A stretch of DNA of 64,000 bases from a virus, in the IMG/VR virus record IMGVR_UViG_3300042484_003756, positions 8,760 to 72,759 of that record; one strand, written 5' to 3'. The notes beneath the pieces were generated by a model. That model did not search any database and was not told the DNA's origin. It saw nothing but the letters and a program-made list of their open reading frames with translations. Made by a program: the position numbers and the translations under genes. Below, piece after piece: positions 1-9,419 of the stretch (the first letter of the stretch is position 1; each line of letters opens with the position of its first letter).

Positions 1-1
1 T

Positions 2-424
2 CATGGTGTCGATAAAAATGATATTGTTAGATACATTTCTAAACTTAAATATTGGAATAAAGAAACAATTGAACGAGCTGTAGATATTGTTAAAGAATAT
101 AACAAAAAATTAGAGCAAGGCAAAGACAAAGACGATGAAACAAAAAAGAAAGCTAATACTGTTAATCTTTCTGAATCTGTCAAAATTGCTGCCTTAAATT
201 ATGATTCAAAACCTAATTTTGAAAAGAGATCAACACCTGAGTTAATTATGAGAGCTTGCTTCCTAATGGATTTACAAGACTATTCTAAAACAACTAAGCA
301 AGGTGACTTTAAAGATGCTGCTGACAAAAAAGGAGTTTCTGAAGAACTCAAGCAAATTAGAACAGCTCTCACAAATAGAGGTTTTGATAAAGAAGAATTA
401 TCAAACTTAGGACTGGGTAAATAA
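2..424 (+). CDS. 5'-truncated hypothetical phage protein (C-terminal ~140 aa), probably head-associated
   Basis: Frame 2 is open from the window edge (HGVDKNDIVRYISKLKYW...LGLGK) to TAA at 422-424, 2 nt before the next ATG. It contains KIAA. It is absent from the ORF track because it has no start in the window. Confidence 0.75.
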   Translation, partial: HGVDKNDIVRYISKLKYWNKETIERAVDIVKEYNKKLEQGKDKDDETKKKANTVNLSESVKIAALNYDSKPNFEKRSTPELIMRACFLMDLQDYSKTTKQGDFKDAADKKGVSEELKQIRTALTNRGFDKEELSNLGLGK

Positions 425-426
425 TT

Positions 427-2079
427 ATGGACAAGGGATATAAAATCAAAGCTACATACGAAACTCACGATCCTAAAAAAATTCAAGATATTATGGACAA
501 AAAACCATTGGTCGGTGGCAATGGATTACTTAGCATGCTTCAAGACACTTTGTCAGGTATTGGAGAAGGGGATTCTATGCCAATGTCTTCCCCATTTCAT
601 GTTTTAGGTATGGATGATTTCGGAGATGATCCCGTTATTTCTGCCTTTAAGAATATGGGCGGACCACAACATATTATGAAGATAGTAGCTCTTCCAAAAG
701 AAGAAGCACATCATCATTTGCATAAAGCATTAAATACATTAAACAACATAAGACTTGCTGAAGAAAGAAATACTCTTCGCTATGCTTATATGGCTATTCA
801 AAATTTTATCAACAAAAACAATGAAGCGGCTAAAATGGAAAGAGTTGCTTACAAGAATAATAGTCAATCTTCAGGCTATTGGCAAATTGAAGCTATTAAA
901 GCTATTGATAAGCTAAATAAATTTGCTTCTAATAACAAAATTAGTAAATTAAACAGTGCAAGAAATATTGTACTTTCAGGCAATAAAGATAAATCCATAA
1001 AAGTTGCAAATTTTATGCATAATTGGTACTCAGAAATAACTCCTAAAGAAAATAGAAGAGTTGCATATACTACTCTTTCAACACAAGCAAATGAACCATA
1101 TTTGCTGTGTCCTAAAGGAAAATTTCAAGGCTATAAAGCTCCAGTGCCTATGGAAGTTTCAAAATGTCGTGAAAATTGTATTGACTCAAGAGTTGATAAA
1201 GACGGACAAGTAACTTGTGCATATCAAGATTGGTTAAAAGTCGCATTCCAATCTCATGATGAAGTAATGGCCAGATTAGATGTTCATAAGCATCCTGACA
1301 ACGAAGCTAATGCTCTTGAACTTAAAGAAGGTGAAAGATCCAAGAAACTTACCGAAGGTGAGATTGGATTTGAAGCTAGATTTGACAACTCAGATAGAGG
1401 CGCAAATAAAATCAGAGGCAAGCAAAATGTCGATGATTCAATGGAAAAACAATTGTCAGATGCCAAACAATCAAGCTATGGGCATCAACAAGGTGAAAAA
1501 CCAGTCATGCGCCCTAAGCAAGCTCAATCTGATTCTTTAAAAACTATTGATTCTCAACTTCCAAGAAAAGAACAAAAGGGCAGTGAATATCTTGAAGCTT
1601 TGTTGAGAAAATTAAATGGTAAAGAATCAGTAGCTGACGAAGCAATGGAAGAACAACTTGACTCTGATGGACTTTATACTCATCGTGGTGAAATGGAAAA
1701 ATCTTATGCTGACCAATTAAATGTTAAAAGCAAAGATCCCATTAATTACAGAGATGAGTTAAATAAAAATTTCGATGAGCCAAAGAATTCTATTATTCAT
1801 CAATTAGATAAAACTGCATCAAAGAAAGAACTCAACCAAGAACAAATTCTTAACAGCACAAGAAAAAAGAATGTTGTTGATACTCCTAAAGATAATCAAT
1901 TAGAAGACAAAAGAGAAAACAAGAAGATCAAAGTCAATATTGAAACTTTATTAAATGATGAAGATGATGACAGTTTTGGTCATCAATTTTCAGATGATGA
2001 TCTCAAGAAATTTGCTGAAGAACTTGGCTTAGACTACATCATGGAATCTAAAAGAGAAGAATACGACGATGTGGTATAA
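427..2079 (+). CDS. Hypothetical head-associated protein with a Cys cluster and ExQL-type repeats
   Basis: 550-aa ORF upstream of the portal. Cys cluster CPKG..CRENC..C, several [KR]xA motifs (RLAE, RVAY, KFAS, KQAQ, KTAS) and a charged C-terminus with repeated xxQL motifs. Confidence 0.7.
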   Translation: MDKGYKIKATYETHDPKKIQDIMDKKPLVGGNGLLSMLQDTLSGIGEGDSMPMSSPFHVLGMDDFGDDPVISAFKNMGGPQHIMKIVALPKEEAHHHLHKALNTLNNIRLAEERNTLRYAYMAIQNFINKNNEAAKMERVAYKNNSQSSGYWQIEAIKAIDKLNKFASNNKISKLNSARNIVLSGNKDKSIKVANFMHNWYSEITPKENRRVAYTTLSTQANEPYLLCPKGKFQGYKAPVPMEVSKCRENCIDSRVDKDGQVTCAYQDWLKVAFQSHDEVMARLDVHKHPDNEANALELKEGERSKKLTEGEIGFEARFDNSDRGANKIRGKQNVDDSMEKQLSDAKQSSYGHQQGEKPVMRPKQAQSDSLKTIDSQLPRKEQKGSEYLEALLRKLNGKESVADEAMEEQLDSDGLYTHRGEMEKSYADQLNVKSKDPINYRDELNKNFDEPKNSIIHQLDKTASKKELNQEQILNSTRKKNVVDTPKDNQLEDKRENKKIKVNIETLLNDEDDDSFGHQFSDDDLKKFAEELGLDYIMESKREEYDDVV

Positions 2080-2614
2080 ACAAGTTTTGTCCCAATTTGG
2101 CGGTGGTGTCATTAGCCCAGGACAAAATGAGTCAAAAGATACGGTAGATAGTCAGTCTGGTTTCGGAATTGATGGCATAAGTGATGTAGATAATCAACCA
2201 GCTGGACTCTATGATGAACTTTCTGGAATTCTAGAAAAAATGGGTAAGAGTCTAGATGAATATTACCGCATGAATCAAGAACAACAAAAAGAAATCTGGA
2301 ATCTTTTAGTCGAACGTCCTCATAGAATGAATATGGATAATAATGGACAGTATATTATTTCTCCTCAATCTGCATCTACTGAAGCTAGAAGACACTCTCC
2401 ATTTCATGAGAATCCAGAAGATACACCATTAGAAACTCAACTTAGAGGCTCGCAACAAGAAAACAATAACAGAGATCCTCAAAGCATGGCTTCAACTGAA
2501 AAAGGAAATAGTTTTCAACATTTCAAGAATGGTGAAGGTTATTATCAAGCGTCTAAAGGCAAACAAGATCCAATTCTTTTCGGCAACAAACCTTCTAATC
2601 AAACTTGGTATTAA
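2069..2614 (+). CDS. Hypothetical protein, probable internal head protein
   Basis: 181-aa hydrophilic ORF overlapping the upstream stop. N-terminus MWYKQVLSQ; contains an ETQL motif. Confidence 0.65.
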   Translation: MWYKQVLSQFGGGVISPGQNESKDTVDSQSGFGIDGISDVDNQPAGLYDELSGILEKMGKSLDEYYRMNQEQQKEIWNLLVERPHRMNMDNNGQYIISPQSASTEARRHSPFHENPEDTPLETQLRGSQQENNNRDPQSMASTEKGNSFQHFKNGEGYYQASKGKQDPILFGNKPSNQTWY

Positions 2615-2632
2615 GTTATATATTTTTAGAAC

Positions 2633-2640
2633 GGTATAAT
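2633..2640 (+). promoter_or_regulatory. -10 element (GGTATAAT) of a putative leaderless transcript of the portal gene
   Basis: TATAAT ends 7 nt before ATG 2648 and there is no Shine-Dalgarno sequence. The same geometry recurs at other genes. Confidence 0.55.
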
Positions 2641-2647
2641 ACATGTT

Positions 2648-5002
2648 ATGGCAAATAGAACATCATTGGCTTCTGCTATTCGAACAGCAGCAACACAAGT
2701 ATCAGGAGCATCATCACCCACTGCAACTGTAGACAGAAATTATGCAAGCAGCAGAATTGGTCTAGGATTAGGTCCAAGCGTAACAAGAACTGCAAGCGTC
2801 AATACAGTTACTACAGCTCCTAACTTCTATTCACCATTTCTTACTCCATCATCTTTTCAAATCCCAAATGCTCGTCGTGAAGTTTATCTTTGGGCAAACT
2901 GGTGGAGAAACAATGAGCCAAAAATTGCTGCAGCCATCAATTTTTACACTAACTATCCTTTTTCTGGATGGAAGTTAGAGTGTTCTTCTTCTTATGTAAA
3001 AGATTATTTTGAAAAGCTAGTAGAATCACTTAATTTTCAAAAATGGCTACCAGAAATTTCTAAAACATATCACTTGTTAGGTGATTCCTTTGTTCTCCTT
3101 TCATTAGATTGTCCACATTGCCATGGTTCTAACTGGGATGAAGACAAAAATCAAGAATGTCAACATGATGGTGCTACTTGGAAGTCAATTTCTATACTTA
3201 ATCCTGATTCTGTAATTAAGAGTCCAGGTATGATTGATCAACCTGGAAGTTATGCATATCGTCCATCTGCAGAAGAAATTAGAATTGTCAATGAACGACA
3301 TCCTAAAGAAATTTATGATTCTATTCCTGACAATATTAAAAAAATGATTGTTCAGGGTAATCCAATTAAACTGAACACTATATCTATTCACCATTTCAAA
3401 TATGGATCAAATCCTTGGGAAGATTATGGAATTTCTATGATCAGACCATTGTTCCCAATTCTGACATACAAAGACAAATTAAGACAAGCTCAATATATGA
3501 TTGCTGAGCGTCTTATCTTACCAATCAAGGTTGTAAAAATTGGTAGTGATACAAGACCAGCATCTCAAGAAGATATTGATAATGTCCAAGATGAGTTAGC
3601 ATCTATTGCTAATGATCCTAACTTAACACTTGTTACTCACCACAACTTTGATCTCGAGTGGTATGGAGCTACTGGAAAAATTCATCCTCTTACTGGTGAA
3701 TTTGAATTAATTGAGCAAGAAATCCTCGATGGTGTTATGTTGAACAAAGCACTTTTGAATGGTGAGGGACCAACATACGGTAATGCCCAAGTTGGACTTC
3801 TTGCAATGGCTCAAAGATTAGAGACATTTAGAAGAGAAGTTGCACACTGGATTGAACAAAATGTCTTTATGCCAGTTGCAAAATGGAATGGTTTTGTAAT
3901 CGAAGGTGAAAGAGGACAGGACGAAATAGTCTATCCTAAAATCAAATTTGACGATCTTCAATTACGTGATGACACTGGTAAATTGCAAATGCTTGTCACT
4001 GCAAATCAAAATGGAGTTATTTCAAATGTTTCTCTTATTGAAGCTTTTGGTTTAGACTCAGACCAGGAAATTGAAAGATTGAGATTTGAACAAGGTGCAA
4101 ACTTTGTAAATGATCAAAGCTTTGGCACTCCAAATGTTTCATTAAGTTTCCAAAGTGGTGGCGTAACTGGACAAGGCTTTGCGGCTTCGTCTCCAGATAT
4201 GTCTGGTGCAGGTATGGCTCCTCCACCTGCTGACTTATCTGTTGGTGGTGGGGCGCCTCCTGCAGCTCCAGCTCCAGCTGGTGCTCCTGCTCCTACTGCA
4301 GATGTAATGAACAGATTTTACAAAGTTGCTAGCTCAACCATTAATGAAATTTATATGGAAAGAATTGAAGCAAAGAATTCTGGAGTAAGAACTGCAAGCA
4401 AGAAAATTAAATCTGCAGCACATGAAGGTTTCTTAAAATCACTAACACCAGTAACAGGTAGAGGTTCTTTGGGTCCTTTACCAGATGAATATGATGGATT
4501 GTATGGTCAATTACAATCCCCCTTTATTGGTGGAGATAATTCACATCCATTGAACAACTATGCATTAGAACAAATTCATCAATTCGCTTCTAATGAAAAT
4601 GAATCAATCAAAAAATACGCAAAAAAGAAAGTAGACATTTCTCAACAACCTAAAATGTTTACTAATTTGGAAAAGAAACTTTATGGATTGACTATGTCTT
4701 TAAATATGCCTTTTCCGCTTTACGCTCAGTATTCTGCTGGTCCAGCAATGGATTATCAATTAGATGCTGCAATTCCTAATCTTAAGATTGGCATTGAAGC
4801 TGATGGTGAAATTTGGCACAATAATCCAGACAAAATCGCTAAAGACAAGCGTAGAGATTCTGAATTAGCTGCTAATGGTTGGATTATAATTAGATTTACT
4901 GACAAAGAAATTAATGATCACCCACAAGATTGTTTGAATGTTTTAATTAAAGTAATTAAGAAGCGAACAGGTATGGGTGAGGGTAATTCTGAATATCTAT
5001 AA
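2648..5002 (+). CDS. Phage portal protein with a C-terminal DUF559/Vsr-like endonuclease domain
   Basis: Lies immediately before protease, scaffold and capsid genes and has portal-like segments (EPKIAAAINFY, YGISMIRP, PIKVVKIG). A Pro/Gly/Ala linker precedes the C-terminal LEKKLY..Q..YQLDAA..KIGIEADGEIWH..DKRRDSELAANGWIIIRF nuclease pattern. Confidence 0.8.
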   Translation: MANRTSLASAIRTAATQVSGASSPTATVDRNYASSRIGLGLGPSVTRTASVNTVTTAPNFYSPFLTPSSFQIPNARREVYLWANWWRNNEPKIAAAINFYTNYPFSGWKLECSSSYVKDYFEKLVESLNFQKWLPEISKTYHLLGDSFVLLSLDCPHCHGSNWDEDKNQECQHDGATWKSISILNPDSVIKSPGMIDQPGSYAYRPSAEEIRIVNERHPKEIYDSIPDNIKKMIVQGNPIKLNTISIHHFKYGSNPWEDYGISMIRPLFPILTYKDKLRQAQYMIAERLILPIKVVKIGSDTRPASQEDIDNVQDELASIANDPNLTLVTHHNFDLEWYGATGKIHPLTGEFELIEQEILDGVMLNKALLNGEGPTYGNAQVGLLAMAQRLETFRREVAHWIEQNVFMPVAKWNGFVIEGERGQDEIVYPKIKFDDLQLRDDTGKLQMLVTANQNGVISNVSLIEAFGLDSDQEIERLRFEQGANFVNDQSFGTPNVSLSFQSGGVTGQGFAASSPDMSGAGMAPPPADLSVGGGAPPAAPAPAGAPAPTADVMNRFYKVASSTINEIYMERIEAKNSGVRTASKKIKSAAHEGFLKSLTPVTGRGSLGPLPDEYDGLYGQLQSPFIGGDNSHPLNNYALEQIHQFASNENESIKKYAKKKVDISQQPKMFTNLEKKLYGLTMSLNMPFPLYAQYSAGPAMDYQLDAAIPNLKIGIEADGEIWHNNPDKIAKDKRRDSELAANGWIIIRFTDKEINDHPQDCLNVLIKVIKKRTGMGEGNSEYL

Positions 5003-5028
5003 TTACCAAATCGTTTGTCACTGTACAA

Positions 5029-5054
5029 TAAACCCGTCGATTTCGACGGGTTTA
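5029..5054 (+). terminator. Stem-loop after the portal gene, probable intrinsic terminator
   Basis: TAAACCCGTCG-ATTT-CGACGGGTTTA, an 11-bp perfect stem followed by an AT-rich tract. Confidence 0.6.
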
Positions 5055-5062
5055 AATTTTAC

Positions 5063-5087
5063 AGGTTTTAATAGGTTGAAAATAGAA
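5063..5087 (+). promoter_or_regulatory. Putative late promoter AGGT-N18-GAA
   Basis: The same bipartite motif with identical spacing occurs at 9315-9339 and 46968-46992, each intergenic and upstream of a gene. Confidence 0.45.
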
Positions 5088-5127
5088 GAAATCCTATTGA
5101 TAACTTCATTTTTTAAGGATTGAATAT

Positions 5128-8100
5128 ATGTACAAGGTTGCAAAAGGAGGGGCTATTACTATAAATAGCTTCCTCAACGAAAATGACCGAAATATAGCTA
5201 GAGATTATATCATAAAGACTGCTTCTTCAAATATGCGAGAAGCTGCAAAGATTGGTCTTCAATCACTCTATGCTGATCCAAAAGAAGTACTCGAAAAATA
5301 CAAAGATTTCGACATTGTTAAAGAAATGCAAGCTCGTAAAGGTGCAAAACTTTTATGGGTAAGAGCTAGAGCAATTGACGCTGATGTCGTAAATGCTAAT
5401 GGAGACTTGTTTTCAAAAGAAGAACTTCTCAAGGAAGTTGAAATCAAAGGTCAAAAAATCCCGTCATATAAAACATTTGAAGGTGTGCCAATTTACACAA
5501 ACCACAAAAATGATGATATTGAACAAGCTAAGGGTATGGTTGTTTATGCAGAATGGGATGAAAAGGAAGATTGTGTATATTGTACTTTCTTTGTAGATGA
5601 AGAAGCTTATCCTGATATTGCTAGAAATATTCGTACTGGTGTAATTCATGATGTCTCCATGGGTGCAAGTGTTGAATGGGGTGTTTGTTCAATTTGTGGA
5701 AATAAAGCATACACTGAAAAAGATTACTGTGAACACCTTAAAAAGTACAAAGGAAAAACACATCCTGAGTCTGGCAAAAAATCATATGAAAAGAACTACG
5801 GCGTAAAGTTTATTGAATTAAGCTGCGTAGGAGATGGTGCTTTTGAATCTTGTGAAATTCAAGAAATTTATGATGTTGATGATGTTTTAGATGCTGCAAT
5901 GAATTTAGAAAAGAAAGCAAATGAGCTTTCTTCAAATATTGTTTTAGCACTTCACGAAACATCATCTATTCCTCAACATAGAGCAGAATACGAAAACTGC
6001 CTAAGTGTAGCAAATTTCACAGCGAAAACTGCAGTTAGATTAGCACAACAAGCTGGAACTCTTGTTGGTGGACCTTTACTGGCTGGAGCAGGAGCGAATC
6101 AAAACTCAACCGTTTCTGCAGTATTGACAGCTCTTGGTATTGATCCAGCATCAGGATTGAATATTCTTGACTTAATCAATTTATCATTAAACTTTTTGGA
6201 AGTTGCTGTGATGAATATGTTTGCTAGAAAAGATAATGTTGATTTAGGACACGTTGGAAAAATCACTAAATCCATGGCAGAACTTCAATCTACTATGCAA
6301 GACATGATTGACGATGGTGTTGACGTTGGTAGTGGGCAAAGACCACAACAAATCAATCAACCTCAAAATATGCAACAAGGACAAGCACCACAAGCTTCTC
6401 CAATGAATGCCAATATTGGTTTGGCAAATTATGCACCAACTGAATCTGTAGGAAAAGTGATGGACCTTACACTTCCTGGAGATCAAGACAATCAAGTTGG
6501 AGGCGGTGTTGCGTTAGCCTCTAGCGTTCACAATTTGGTGTGGGCTTCAAGAGATGGCAAGAGAGAAGTTTTTGCTAGCTCTCAAAACAGTTCATCTTCC
6601 AATAAAATTTTGAACTTGACTAAAAATATTTTAGATTTAAAAAATAATTTAAATAACAATTCTCAAGTACAAATAAGTATTGATAGTGTCATTAGAATTG
6701 CTAATGAAAGAAGCAAAAATATAAAAACAAATACGCCTTTCATGGCGGGGAGCAGAAATCAAATGGATCACTTTGCAAAGATTGCATCAGAGCAAAGAAA
6801 AAAACTTGCTGCTGCAGTTACAATCGATTTTAAAGTCGAGGATAATGCAGGTAATAGAGTTGTTCTTTCTACTGATGGTTCAATCACAGGTTACACAAAT
6901 GGAAAAAGAACTGCTTGGGTACCTATCCTTAATGAAAACCAACTTGGTTTAATGGAAAACGGACAAGGAACAAGAGTTGCTGCTGAATTACTCAAGGACT
7001 ATTCACAATTTGTCAAGACTGCTTTACTTGATGTCAAAGAGAGACTCGATGACAGAGAAAGCCAACTTGATGAAGTAAGAAATGGTGAGTCATATGATAA
7101 CTTGGCCACTGGTGTCAAGAGCAAGAATACTGGTGTAGATCAAAACGTTCGTGAATTACAACTCAAATCAAAGCAAACTGGTGCAAGCCAAGATGCTGTA
7201 AGAGAAATTCTTCTTGGTGATGCTGGACTTTATGGAAGAAGAGTAAAAGACGAAGAAGTTTGCAAGTCCTTAACTGAATTGGTAGATGAAGTAACTCATG
7301 GTGTTCCTACTGAAGTTTTAGAAAAGCAATTAGCTTGTTGCCGTGCAGAGGGTAGTGCAAGTGCTCACGAAATTATGGCAGCTACAATTAATGCATTAGG
7401 CAAGGCTGTTATTTCTTCACTAGAAACTCCTAAAACAATTGTTAGAATTGCACAAACATTAACTGAAGAACCAATGCTTCCTGAAATGATTGGAACTGCT
7501 GCTGCTGGTACTGATATGGAAGCAGATAAGGCAGAAAAGGCTGATTTCTTTGGTGGAAATGCTGAGCCAGAAAATTCAGTTTCTGCTGTTATTAAGCAAT
7601 TAGGCGCTGCTGTAACTTCTGAAATTACTGCTCAAGATCTTGCTGATGCACTTTCAGTTGCAGTTGAAGAAGGCGAAATGACCAAAGAAGGCGTTTCAAG
7701 AATTGCTGAACTTCTTATGGGTCAAGCATCTGTTCCTGAAGAAGGATTAGATGTTGAAACTGCACCTTCAAAAAATGAAGAGTTAAAGTCTGCACTTATG
7801 TCAGCCTTAGATTCTGATGCTGATCTTATTTCTAAAGACGATCTGAAGTCTGCAATTTCTGCAATGGCAATGTCTTCAAAAGAAACCGGGACAACTCCTG
7901 ATGAAGTAGTTGACTCTGTTGAAGCAATGCCTGAAAAACAATTAATGGCTGCTATTGATAGAGCCAAAACTGCTACAGCTACTGACGGAAGATTGAGAGC
8001 TAGGGCTAGAAGAGAGTTTTGGGGTGTTAAGACTGCTTCTACAAAAAACATTTCTGATAATGTTATCGGATGGTTGGCAGACTATTCCACAAATTTTGGT

Positions 8101-9267
8101 ATTAGCACTAGAAGAATTGCCAAGGCTGCAAAAAGACTCTGTGAAGAATTTGAAGTTGCAGAAAAGTTAGTTGCCAAAGCGGTTGCTGCAGCTGAAAGAA
8201 CTGCTGGAATGACTGTTACTCAAAGTAAGTCAGAATGCATCAGATTTATTTGCAGAGCTGAAGATTTAGATGGTATGCAACCTGGTGATTCCAATTTCGA
8301 TGATTCATTCAAACAAAAAGCAATTGAAGTTCTTCAAGGACATGGATTCCAAGTTGATCCAGGAACATTCTCTTTCACAGACTTGATTGTTTCAGAAAAT
8401 GGTGATGTTACTGCTACAGTTTCGACATCTACATCAAAAGCATTCAAAGCTGACGAACTAGAAGGTGAACTTCAAGCTGAAGAACCAGCTGAAATGCCTG
8501 TAGTAATGACTGAAGGTGCAAGAATAGCTAGAAAGAACAGAAGAGACAATATTTTAGCTAAATACGCACAAGCTGCACCTGGCATGGGCGCTCCTGCTCC
8601 TGTTGGTCCAGCTGCTGGTCCTGTTGATCCAGGTTTAGGTGCTGGTCCAGCTGCTGCAGGTGGTGATTTAGGAATTTCATCACTTACTGGTGGTCCAGAC
8701 ATGAACGAAGCTGGTGATATGGACGCAATGTCTGAACCAGGTGAAAAGAAACCGTGGGGATCTGTCTGCCCAGTTTGTGGTGCAGATGATGTAAACATTT
8801 CTGAATCAAATGCTGACTGCCAAAGCTGTGGTACTACATACAAGATCCTTCAACAAATTGAATTAATTTCAATGGGTGACAAGGGCAAATCTTCACCAGA
8901 AGAAGAACCTATGGGACTTGGTCCAGACACTGGGTTAGGTATGGCAACTGCACCTACAGAAATGCCTGCTGCTAATCCTGCAGCTCCAGGTATGGGACCA
9001 GTAGCATCTGATATCAAAACAATGATCAGATTATCAGCTACAGTTGATTCTGACGTGTATTTGAAAACTGCATTACCAACCTTTGATAGAACAAAAGAAT
9101 CAATGCTTCCTGTCGGTATGGTTTGTCCATCTTGCGGAGATAGACAAGCTCATAAAGTCAAAAGTAATACATTCTGCTACAAATGTGGAAATTATTCAAG
9201 AACCACAGTACAAGCTTCTAAGAAGGATCCATCAAAACTTGATGTATCAATTACTTGGATTGATTAG
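5128..9267 (+). CDS. Prohead (capsid maturation) protease with a very long scaffold-like, zinc-ribbon C-terminal extension
   Basis: N-terminal domain has NANGDLF, YTNH (His), DVSMG (Ser), CSICG..CEH and FIELSCV, typical of HK97/herpes-fold phage maturation proteases. It follows the portal. The C-terminus has two CxxC..CxxC ribbons. Confidence 0.8.
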   Translation: MYKVAKGGAITINSFLNENDRNIARDYIIKTASSNMREAAKIGLQSLYADPKEVLEKYKDFDIVKEMQARKGAKLLWVRARAIDADVVNANGDLFSKEELLKEVEIKGQKIPSYKTFEGVPIYTNHKNDDIEQAKGMVVYAEWDEKEDCVYCTFFVDEEAYPDIARNIRTGVIHDVSMGASVEWGVCSICGNKAYTEKDYCEHLKKYKGKTHPESGKKSYEKNYGVKFIELSCVGDGAFESCEIQEIYDVDDVLDAAMNLEKKANELSSNIVLALHETSSIPQHRAEYENCLSVANFTAKTAVRLAQQAGTLVGGPLLAGAGANQNSTVSAVLTALGIDPASGLNILDLINLSLNFLEVAVMNMFARKDNVDLGHVGKITKSMAELQSTMQDMIDDGVDVGSGQRPQQINQPQNMQQGQAPQASPMNANIGLANYAPTESVGKVMDLTLPGDQDNQVGGGVALASSVHNLVWASRDGKREVFASSQNSSSSNKILNLTKNILDLKNNLNNNSQVQISIDSVIRIANERSKNIKTNTPFMAGSRNQMDHFAKIASEQRKKLAAAVTIDFKVEDNAGNRVVLSTDGSITGYTNGKRTAWVPILNENQLGLMENGQGTRVAAELLKDYSQFVKTALLDVKERLDDRESQLDEVRNGESYDNLATGVKSKNTGVDQNVRELQLKSKQTGASQDAVREILLGDAGLYGRRVKDEEVCKSLTELVDEVTHGVPTEVLEKQLACCRAEGSASAHEIMAATINALGKAVISSLETPKTIVRIAQTLTEEPMLPEMIGTAAAGTDMEADKAEKADFFGGNAEPENSVSAVIKQLGAAVTSEITAQDLADALSVAVEEGEMTKEGVSRIAELLMGQASVPEEGLDVETAPSKNEELKSALMSALDSDADLISKDDLKSAISAMAMSSKETGTTPDEVVDSVEAMPEKQLMAAIDRAKTATATDGRLRARARREFWGVKTASTKNISDNVIGWLADYSTNFGISTRRIAKAAKRLCEEFEVAEKLVAKAVAAAERTAGMTVTQSKSECIRFICRAEDLDGMQPGDSNFDDSFKQKAIEVLQGHGFQVDPGTFSFTDLIVSENGDVTATVSTSTSKAFKADELEGELQAEEPAEMPVVMTEGARIARKNRRDNILAKYAQAAPGMGAPAPVGPAAGPVDPGLGAGPAAAGGDLGISSLTGGPDMNEAGDMDAMSEPGEKKPWGSVCPVCGADDVNISESNADCQSCGTTYKILQQIELISMGDKGKSSPEEEPMGLGPDTGLGMATAPTEMPAANPAAPGMGPVASDIKTMIRLSATVDSDVYLKTALPTFDRTKESMLPVGMVCPSCGDRQAHKVKSNTFCYKCGNYSRTTVQASKKDPSKLDVSITWID

Positions 9268-9272
9268 TATGC

Positions 9273-9305
9273 ATATTAGTGAGGGATTTATTCCCTCACT
9301 AATAT
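9273..9305. repeat. 14-bp perfect inverted repeat between the protease and scaffold genes
   Basis: ATATTAGTGAGGGA-TTTAT-TCCCTCACTAATAT, with no clear U-tract on either side. Confidence 0.7.
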
Positions 9306-9314
9306 CTTAAAAAA

Positions 9315-9339
9315 AGGTGTAAAAACAATTTATCTAGAA
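9315..9339 (+). promoter_or_regulatory. Putative late promoter AGGT-N18-GAA for the scaffold, decoration and capsid genes
   Basis: AAAGGTgtaaaaacaatttatctaGAAAT; matches the motif at 5063 and 46968. Confidence 0.45.
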
Positions 9340-9419
9340 ATTAAAAAAAAGTTAACAAATAACTATTTTATAGATTCTTTGATAAAAGATTTTATTTTAT
9401 TAAGGGAAGCAGCATAAAA

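Noticed and set aside
4300-5002. Intein or intron-encoded homing endonuclease in the portal
   Set aside because: There are no intein N-terminal or HN-[CST] splice motifs, and the nuclease is terminal with no downstream extein or exon.
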